From contig NC_042997.1 in NCBI RefSeq assembly GCF_006345805.1, positions 66,340,001-66,404,000 on the forward strand: a stretch of DNA of 64,000 bases, written 5' to 3'. This document shows positions 53,905-64,000 of this stretch, in pieces. Every line of letters begins with the position of its first letter. Position 1 is the stretch's first letter. This DNA comes from Octopus sinensis. Lineage: Eukaryota. The notes beneath the pieces were generated by a model. It had not been told where the DNA came from, searched no databases, and was given only the letters and a program-made list of their open reading frames with translations. A program made the translations under genes and the position numbers.

Positions 53905-54270
53905 GCACAGGCATGGCTGTGTGCTAAGAAGCTTGCTCCCCAACCACATGATTCCAGGTTCAGTCTCATTCCATGGTACCTTAAGCAAGTTTCATCTACT
54001 ATAGCCTTAGGCTGACCAAAGTTTTGTGAGTGGGTTTGGTTGACAGAAACTGAAAGCAGGCTAATGTGTGTGTGTGTGTGTTTATCCCCACCACCACTTG
54101 ATTAGTGTTGGTGTGTTTACATTCCATAACTTAGCAGTTCAGCAAAAGAGACTGATAAAATAAGGACCAGGCTTAACAAAAAAAAAGGGTCAATTCATTC
54201 AACTAGAAAATCTTCAAGGCAGTGCCCCAGCATGGCCACAGTCTAATGAATGAAACATGTAAAAGATAAA
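53905..54270 (+). mobile_element. tRNA-derived CORE-like SINE
   Basis: Same family as 28155. Confidence 0.75.
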
Positions 54271-54444
54271 AGATAATTAGATGGATAAAATAGATGAGGT
54301 AAAGTTTGATGTGGAAAGAACTAATGCTTGATAAGATGGAGACATCCGCTTGTGGGTTTTAGTTGTAAGCAAGGATTTTTTTACTGCCTTATTTGATAAT
54401 TTTGTTTGGTGATGATGATGATGAGGATAGTGATGAAGGCAGCA

Positions 54445-54486
<42 letters not shown>

Positions 54487-54869
54487 ACAAGAATAAAGAT
54501 ACCAATATGGCATAAGTTTGATATTGATTACAGTTGTTTCAGTGCCTCTCCACTTGAAACCACACTGTGTCTCTGTGTTTATCCACCACCACCACTCTGA
54601 GAACTGGTGTTGGCGTGTTTATGTCCCACATCAACTTGTGGGTTTTAGTTGTAATCCTAAGGATTTTTTTGTACTGCCTTACTTGATAATTTTGGTTTTG
54701 CCCTTTGACCTCCAGGAAATAAAAGCAGAGCTGTCTTAACAGCATTATAGACCCCCACCTCCTCTGGTAATTCAGTGCATGGGGGTGCCTCTAGTATTTA
54801 TCTATTGATAGCAAGCCACAGCTTATGTACATCAGTTGCACCCTTGGTACTTTCTCTCTCTTTTACTCT

Positions 54870-55285
54870 TTTACTTGTTTCAGCCATTTGACTACAGCCA
54901 TGTTGGAGCACCGCCTTTAGTCAACAAATCAACCCCAGGACTTATTCTTTGGAAGCCTAGTGCTTATTCTATCGGTCTCTTTTGCCGAACCGCTAAGTTA
55001 CATGGACATAAACACATCACCATCGGTTGTCAAGCGATGTTGGGGGGACAAACACAGACACACAAACATATACACATACATACATATGTACATATATATA
55101 TATATACACACACACACACATATATATACAACTGGCTTCTTTCAGTTTCCTTCTACCAAATCCACTCACAAGGCTTTGATCGGCCTGAGGCTATAGTAGA
55201 AGACACTTGCCCAAGGTGCCACGCAGTGGGAATGAACATTGAATCATGTGGTTGATAAGCGACTTGCCACCCAGCCACTCCTGCA
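54870..55285 (-). mobile_element. tRNA-derived CORE-like SINE
   Basis: Reverse complement of the 28155 family. Confidence 0.8.
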
Positions 55286-55329
55286 CCTGAAAAGATGAAT
55301 TTTAAAACAATGCTCAAATGCTGTTGCAG

Positions 55330-55755
55330 ATTTTGTTTTTGGACACTGCATAATGAAGTGCCAATCCATAACTGTGGTGGGAACCTGTGGAAGAGGTAGA
55401 CCCAGGAAGAAATGGGTTGAGGTGCTGAAATATGATCTTCGGATGTTGAGTCTCATGGAGGCAATGATAAGTGGTTGAGACTGTTGACAATTTGCTGTAC
55501 CTGGGAAGACACATCAAGCCTAGTGAAATCATAGTTGTGGCCAGTGCTAGTGACATGTAAAAAGTGCCCATGCCAGTGATATGTTAAAGGCACCCACTAC
55601 ACTGTGGAGTGATTGGCATTAGGAAGGGCATGCATTCATAGAAACCAAGCTGAAAAAGACTGGAGCCTGGTGCAGCTCACTGGCTTACCAGTTCCAATAA
55701 AACTATCTGACCTATTCCAGCATGGAAAATGGATGCTAAATGATGATGATGATGA
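55330..55755 (+). mobile_element. RTE LINE 3' fragment
   Basis: GGAACCTGTGGAAGAGGTAGACCCAGGAAG through the 3' UTR to a (GAT)n tail. Confidence 0.8.
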
Positions 55756-57359
55756 AAGTTTTAACTAGAGAGTCAGAATGATTAAAGAGATCTTTCACAG
55801 ACATCTAATGACTGATGCAAGAAGACAGATATAAAGTAAAAGACAAAATTTTATAGGATAAATCACCAGCTAACATGTCCACCAAATACAGTGTTTTCTG
55901 TGAGGAGAAGGGAGGTCTGTGAGTACTGGAAAACAAAAGCCCAACAAAATGCTGTTTTTAATAAAAATTACATGGTTTTAAACATTTTCAGCTTGTCCAA
56001 CATCATGGTAGAAAAAAAAAAAGAATTATATGAATGCAAACTTTGTTTTATTTTCATATTAATAACAAACAGGGGTGGAATTTCACTTGTTGTGTGTGTG
56101 TATGTGTCTGTGTCTATGTGTGTGTAGAGGCTGGTTTTTTGTCAGTTTAAGAACCATGTCATTACAGTCAGATTCTGCTTTGTAACTACTCATCTGACAG
56201 TTCCTTTTCTCCCCAGAATTTCATCATTTCAAATTCCACCTAATCCTAATATCCTTTTTTATATATATATATTTTTTTTAATGTTTTATATTTAATCTTG
56301 AGTGATTTATAAAGATAAACCATATCAAACCATTATCCCACAATAAATCTCACTGCATGAAATTCAGGCAGGGCATTGTCAGACCATTGATTGGTCAATA
56401 CCTCTCACTTGCAATGTCTTCTTCGTATTCTGTCATAAAAATTAATTCCGTTTTTATCCAATAAAAGCCTAACTACATTTCAATGAATGCCAGGAAGAGA
56501 ATTAATTGGTGTTATATTGCCAGCAGAGTGACATACCTAAATGTAAACAAAAACCATAAACAACACTGAAACTCTTTGGTGATGTGATAATGTTAATGAT
56601 AATAAATCCTTGATATCAGGCGATGGTCTACCACTTTTCTTCTTGATGATGAGGCAACAAAAATAACCCCTAATGAGCATTTCTAATTACTAGTCTTTTA
56701 TCATCTTTTATTTTTGATTTGTTTCAATTATGGGACTGCAGTCATGCTGGGATACCACCTAGAAACGCTTTTTGTCAAACAAATCAATATCAGTTCTCAT
56801 TTATCTTTACGAGTCTGGTACTTATTCTATCAGTCTCTTTTGCTGACCTAGCAAGTTATGTGGACATAAACCAACTTACAAGGGTTGTCAAGTGGTTGAG
56901 GTACACACACACACACACACATAAGTACATAAATTTATACCGTTACATATTTATACAATGGACTTCCACGAAGTTTCTGTCTACAAAATTCACTCCAGGG
57001 CATTGATTAGCCCATGACTACAGTAGAAGACACTTGCCCAAGATGCTGCACAGTATCACTGAATCTAAAACCTTGTGGTTGCAAAGGAAGCTTCTTAATC
57101 ACATGACCATGACTAAGCAAAAACTGAACTTATTATATTTTTACTCTTTACTATCCTCCATTCACTATTGGAGATTGTAAAAGGTCAAAAGGATTGAACA
57201 CATAAGTAGTGGCTTCCAAACTTATTTTTGTCACAGAACCCTTTTACAATTTTGAAAACATTTTGGAAATTATACCTACGTATTCAAGCCCCTGTAATAC
57301 TAACTATACAGGTTTCGCTTGCAATAACATGGGTTTCACTTACTTGATGCACACAGCAC

Positions 57360-59200
57360 TTCCTTATGAAGCATTCATTCTCCATATGCATCACATGTCC
57401 ATACCAATATAGCCTTCTCTCCTGCACCCTACAGCTGACTCCTCTTCCACCTAGTTTTTTTTTTTTTTTCTCAGATCATTTGTACTCTAACATTCATGCA
57501 CTCTGACATTTCACATTCATCAGAATGTGTTAGCTTTGTTCCTTCACAAGTCTTCAGCATTCAAAGCTATCTGACAGCAATTAGAACACGTTTCATACAA
57601 TCTACACTTCACCCTCAGACAAGAAGCCCTTTATTTCCAACAGAGGTAATAGTTCCCTGAATACTTTCTTGTCTTTTGTTATCCTAACTACTGCTCTTTT
57701 GAACAACCACCACCACTGCTAATTATGCATCTTAGGTTACAGAAGCTACCAACTACTTCTAGTGACCCAGCCAGATATTTGTAGAGAATGTATTTCTGGT
57801 GTGCTCTTAGTACTTGTTGCTCCAGTGCATCAGCATCAGAGAAAGCCTGTTTTCTCTGTGAGTCTACCTGTGACTCTACTATATCTCTTGTGTCTCTACA
57901 GCTTGGTACAGCACATTAAATCTCTACCTGCTCCTATTTTGCATATCAAGCAAAGCCATTTCCTTATGATATCAAATTTTTTTTGCTAACATCTTAGTCT
58001 TTGCTAAGTTTACTATGAAGCCTCTCAATTCTAGTTTTAATTCTATGTTTGGAATTTCTTCTCTAATCCTATTATAGATTCAACTATGAGAGCTAGATCA
58101 TCTGCTTATCAGAGTTCTTGAGAGACTATTTTAAACTCCGTTGTGATGGCCTGCAGGACTATGATGAATAGAACAGGTTGAGCACTGAACTTTGTTGAAC
58201 ACCTACCTCCACATTAAATTCATTGCTGAACACATCATTGACTCTTGCTTTATTAACTGCACTTTGGCGCATAGCTTGTACAGCCCTCACAAGCCATTCA
58301 TCTACATCTAATTTCCTTAGTAACCACAAGATTATCACGTGTGACATTCAGTCAAAAGTTTTCTCCAAGTATATGAATGTTAGAGGTTTACTCTTTGCAA
58401 GCTACCTTTCTTGCAGCTGCTTCACTTAGAAGATTGCATCTTTGATGCTTCTTCCATACATAAATCCAAACAGCATCACATCCAAGCTAAATCTGTTTTT
58501 GATCACCTGTTCTATCACTCTATCTGTGACATTCATAGTTTGGTCCACCAGTTTGATGCCTCTCTAATTTTCTTTCTGTAAAGCATCTCCCTTGCCCTTG
58601 TTTACAATGATACTGCTATATCAGTCACTGGTTATGATACCTTCCTGTATTACCTGGTTAACTATTCAGGTGACTAGTATGTATCCTACCTCTCCAGAAA
58701 TTTTGAGCATCTCAGCAACTATCTCTGAGTCTTCCCTACTTTCATTTTTTTAATCACTTTATCATACTGCTGTCAATTTGAATTGCTATACCCTCTTTAT
58801 CCCATGCAGTCTTTTCATTCAACAAACTCTCATTATAGCACTTCCATGTTTCTTTATTGTCATCAGCTTTAAGGGTAAGCATGTCTCTATCATCTTGGAT
58901 ATACTTCTCTCCAAACTTGGTTTTCTTTGACATAACACCTTATTCCCCTGATCCTCACATTACAGAACAGCTGCAAATCCCTTCCTTTCTGCTTCTAGTT
59001 TAGCTAAGTACACCTGATGCCTAGCTTTCCTCTTTGTTAATGAGCTTCCTATGGTTTCTCTCTCCATTTCCACTTGCAAGGATTTGGTCAGCCTATGGCT
59101 ATATAAAAGGAGACACCTACCCACATTGCTATGCTGCAGGAATGGACCTGAAAGAATATGGTTGCAAAGCAAACTTCTCAACTTTGCAACCATGCATCTC
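57360..59200 (-). mobile_element. Old, heavily decayed RTE LINE
   Basis: Minus-strand pieces LRKLDVDEWLVRAVQAM, FNVEVGVQQSSVL and KARHQVYLAKLEAERKGFA, with many stops and deletions. Confidence 0.8.
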
Positions 59201-61786
59201 ATCATATAAAAACATAACTTATTTTGAAAATGGTGAATACCTTTTTATGTATAAAATAAATTTTTGTTAAATTTACTTAACATCTTTTTCTGTGGAATTC
59301 TTCTGTTCCTCAGAACCTTCTCTGAGAAACACAATACTAGATTATCAGATGACTTGCAGGAGGGGGGGGAGGGCGTTCATATCCTGTCATTGAGATTACA
59401 TTAGGTCAGTGACCAACACATTTAACTCTTAATGACCCTGTCTACCTTGCAGAATAGAAATAAATGGTACGAATATCTGATTTTACCATAGTCAGTAGGG
59501 GGTCACACTGCAAAGTCAATTAGCAGTTTAATGCTGTTATTGTGGTTTAGTTTTGAGGTCAGTGCCAATGGAGCAGTTCTTCTCATACACCAATAAGTTT
59601 GTGGACATGCCTTAGTATGACATCACCTGAAATGATGTAAACTAAGTCATGTGTATTCATAACTACAAAGTACTTGACAAAGAAGATTTTTACTCATTTT
59701 GCATCTGACAGTTGTTGAGGAAAGATATAACTGAGATAACAGAAAAATTCTCATCACCTGATTTAGGCTTAGCCACACTAAGCAGAGAAGCTATCTCTCA
59801 TTTACATACTACACAGTATGTTAAAGACATTACTATTGACATTCATTATGAGAAGAGCATTCTCATTCAGTTATATTCATATTGGCAGACATACATTTCA
59901 AGAACAACATTTAGAGAGAGAGAGAGTCATATTCATATCAACATATATGCTTGTTTTCTATACAAATAAAATCTAAATCATTTTACTTTATAAAACCTTA
60001 TTAAATGTTATCCATTTATCTTAAATGTACTATGTTCTCATTTGTTGCGATTCATTGAATATTTACCTTTGGGCTGTTGTACTCCAGTTGAAATATTAAC
60101 GGAAATAAAATGTTATTTAAAACTACATCTTTAATATCTTATGCATATCTTCCATTAAATCTCTTTTAAGATGGACTTTACAAAATGATTATGGGGATGA
60201 AACAAAGTTTAAGATGTAGTTTAGATAGTAAAGTTTGGTTTAAGATATTAAGCATAAATTCGCTGACTGAACATCTGCTTAGAATATCTAGCAATTTAGC
60301 TACTGTGAGCCTTGTTCCCCAGTCATTTTTTTCTTTTTTCGTAACTTGAATACATCCTGTCAACATAGGATTTGATAGAAATTGCTGATGAGATTTAATC
60401 ATCTATGATAAATTGCTTATTTTCACATTGTGTTTGCTTGCAAAATGTTCACTTCTTGCTATTAATTTCTGCTATGTTGCCAGCATTACTACCTACCTAT
60501 AGTTAGTCAGTATCAGCTGCTGAAAACTTGAAATCAAAATGTCTCTAGTATTTACAATAAATAAAGGTAACTGGTGACAGAAGTAGCAGAGCATCAGATA
60601 AAATGCTTTGTACTATTTTGCTGTCTTTTTTATATACCACTTTCAAATTGCAGCAAGGTATTAACTCTGCATTTCATTGATCAAGACAAAATATATACCA
60701 GTCATGTACAGTGGTCAGTACAATTGGCTATGAATTTGTGGCCTTGTGCCAATGTTAGAAATCAATATGTCTGATTATTCAGTAACAGAACACTTACTTC
60801 TAAATTTTTCTTTAGATATTTTAACAAATTAATATCTGTATCTAATCAACCAATTTAATACCTCCATCTGTCCCCCATTGTGTCTTTAGCCAAAACCACT
60901 CTGTTGCAAGCCTTCAGGCTAGGTTTCTGCTTTGAGAAAAAACTTCCTCTTTTACTTTCTCTTTAGTTATGGAAACTCTGAAAAAGGTTTGAACAGTGCT
61001 CTTCCTCCTTTGATTAAGCCATTAAATATATGTTTGCTTGTTTCTTTGTTTGTGTGTATGTGATATCAGAAATAGATATTTATACAAAATTCAAACAATT
61101 GCCTGTCAATGGATTTTGCAACCAGTGAAAATAAGTCTTGTGGCTACATGTATGTAGTATGAACTGCCTTCCAAACTGCATTTCTTGAATTATAATACAT
61201 CATGTTGAGTTTTAGATACCTTTATAATAAACTACATATACATGCCAAAAAACTCACACACACACACTTGCACACATATTCAACTCCTTTCTATAGCAAG
61301 TTGCTACATTAAAATACTCAAGCCAACAAGTAAACCTTTACACTGTCACTTGGAACTACAAGCAACAGCAACCAAAAATTTATTTTATCACACTCTACCA
61401 TCTTAAACAAATAAACCAAAGACACATTTAATAAAGTAGTTGTAGATGCACTGTGCCTAAAAAAAAATAAGTTTCAAATCCTGTGATAAAATCCAAGACC
61501 CAAAGAAATGAGTGAGGTTTGTGTTGGCTGTATAAATGAAAGTTCTTGAAGAGTTTGATAAGTTCAATTGCCACAGGGAGGAGTACGGAATTTAATAGTT
61601 TGTGGAGGGGACTTCTTATCTCAGAGTAAGAAAATGATGAGCCAAAGCACTTCTCTCTCTCTTTCTCTCATTAGATAATAGGAGGTGGGGAAGAAAAAGT
61701 CTTCTGGTTTTGTCTTGCTTATAAGTTTACAATGTAAAAATACTATCATGGTTGTATCTGCAATCCCTCTGATGTCTGTCATCATC

Positions 61787-64000
61787 ATCATCATCATCGT
61801 TTAACGTCCGTTTTCCATGCTGGCATGGGTTGGACAGTTTGACAGGAGGCCTCACCAGGCTCCAGTCTGATCTGGCAGTGTTTCTACAGCTGGATGCCCT
61901 TCCTAATGCCAACCACTCCGTGAGTATAGTTAGTGCTTTTTACATGCCACCAGCATGAGAGCCAGTCAGGGTGGTGGGGACTGGCATCAGGCACATTCAG
62001 ATGATGCTTTTTACATACTATCAGCACAGGCAAAGAAGCCAGTCAGGGCACGGGTATGGGGGACTGGCATCAACTACGTTCGGATGATGCTTTTTACGTG
62101 CCACTGGCACAGGGAGCCAGTCAGGTGGTACTGGTAATGACCCACGTATGAATGGTGCTTAATGCATGCCACCAGCAGGAGAGTCAGTTAGGTGACACTG
62201 GCATTTCCAATTGATTATGATTTGATTTTTGATTTTGGTTTTGATTTTACTTGATGCAATAGGTCTCCTCATGCACAGCATGTCACCCGATGATTCAAAG
62301 GTACTTTTTAAATGGGTTGGTTATGTGATACTGGTATAGGCTATGGCTGTGATTTCAGTTTACTTGCCAGATCTTCTCAACCACAGCATATCTCCAGAGG
62401 TTCCGGTATTTTGTCATTGCCTCTGTGAGGCCCAATGTTCGAAGGTCAAGCTTCACGACCTCATCCCATGTCTTCCAGGGTCTCCCTCTTCCACAGGTTC
62501 CTTCCACTTTCAGGGAGTGACACTTCTTCACACATCTCTCCTCATCCATACACAGCACATGACCATACCAGTGCAGTCATCTCTTTTGCACACCACATCT
62601 GCTGCTTCTTATGTCCAATATTTCTCTCAGAGTGCTTACACTCTGTCGTGTGTGCACACTGACATTACAAATCCAGTGGATCATACTAGCTTCATTTCTT
62701 TCAAGCCTACATATGTCTTCAGCAGTCACAGCCCATGTTTAACTGTCGTGTAGCATGGCAGTAGGGATAGGAGCTTTCTGAACTTTGCCCAGGCTATTCT
62801 TATTCTAGTGGTAATGCTCTCCGAGCATCTACCCCCACTACAAACTTGGTCACCCAGGTAGCGGAAGCTATCAACTACTTCTGGTTTCTCCCCCAGCATG
62901 TGATGGAATCTGTTTTCTGAGCATCTGCAGTGTTTATTGCCCCTGTGCATCTGCCGCACACAAAAGCTATCATCCCAGTTAATCTTCCTTTGATGTTGCT
63001 GCACCTCTTATGCGTCAATAGCTTACACTGGGTACATCTTATGGAGTTTCTACTTACACCTTTTCTACAGAGCCATCTACCTGAAGAGGTTTGTGATGTG
63101 TTCACATTCCTACTTACCAAGACTTTGGTTTTTGCAACATTGACTCTAAGGCCCTTCAATTCTAAACCTTGTTTCCACACCTGAAATTTCTTCTCTAATT
63201 CTGGTAGTGATTCCGCTATGAGAGCAAGTTATCAGCATAGAGGATCTCCCAGAGGCAACCTGTCTTGAATTCCTCTGTTATTGCCTGGAGAACTATGATG
63301 AATAAGAGGGGGGATGAGGGCTGATCCTTGGTGAACCCCTACTTCTACCTGGAATTCTTCACTATACTCATTGCCAACCCTTACCTTACTAATGGCATCC
63401 CTGTACAGCTCTTATTAACCACTCGTCAATCCCCAGTTTCTGCATCGCCAACCAGATAAGGGATCAGGGGACCCTGTCAAAGGCTTTCTCCAAGTCAACA
63501 AAAACCAAGTATAGGGGTTTATCTTTGGCTAGGTATTTCTCCTGCAGGAATATAGCATCAGTGGTGCTTCTACCCAGCACAAAACTGAACTGCATCTCAT
63601 CTAAGCAGACTCTCTCCCTAATTATTTGGGCTATGACCCTCTCTGTGACCTTCATTACCTTATCCAGCAGTTTGATACCCCTGTAGTTATTTCTATCCAA
63701 AACATCACCTTTACCTTTGTAGTAGTTGACTATGGTGCTGCTACGCCAGTCATTGGGTATGACTCCTTCGTGAACTACCTGGTTTACAATACAGGTGACT
63801 AGACCATAACCCACACCACCAGATATTTTAAGCATTTCATCGGTGATTCCTGATGGGCCAGGAGCTTTTCCTGACTTCATATCCCTAATAGCTTTATCTA
63901 CCAGTGTGCTATCTATTCGGGTAGCTGGGTCAACATTTGGCAGGCTCTCCTCTTCCCACTCATTCTCCACATTCAGCAGCCTTTCATAATGGCTTCTCCA
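61787..64000 (-). mobile_element. RTE LINE running off the window edge, decayed
   Basis: ORF pieces 63464-63970 (KAPGPSG, NNYRGIKLL, FVDLEKAFDRVP), 62875-63180, 62726-63004 and 62355-62558, then the 3' UTR and (GAT)n tail. Confidence 0.92.

Noticed and set aside
55857-55918. tag|DKSPANMSTKYSVFCEEKGG|gtgagt as possible MLH1 exon 2
   Set aside because: Wrong phase and length, and no real similarity beyond GG.

Overview
AT-rich animal genomic DNA, dense in microsatellites and transposable elements. The repeat families look like those of an octopod cephalopod (inference, no database check). The only host coding sequence I can support is the first coding exon of MLH1 (11639-11763, +). I found no later MLH1 exon by eye in the 52 kb downstream. 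The rest is a mosaic of RTE-clade LINEs and their 3' fragments, two decayed Penelope-like elements (PLE: RT plus GIY-YIG), a full-length D,D34D mariner, a DD41D deletion derivative, CR1-like and Rex3-like LINE scraps, small MITEs and several tRNA-derived SINE families. The main hidden signal is a set of minimal type I hammerhead-ribozyme (HHR) motifs from several sequence families, mostly in PLE terminal-repeat-like DNA next to (TA)n tracts. One copy (40973-41018) matches the whole catalytic consensus. One family lies in a 354-bp ORF-less tandem unit resembling a non-LTR retrozyme (21407-22100). In three fold-back structures the forward arm lacks part of the ribozyme core. Repeat boundaries were read by eye and are approximate unless stated.
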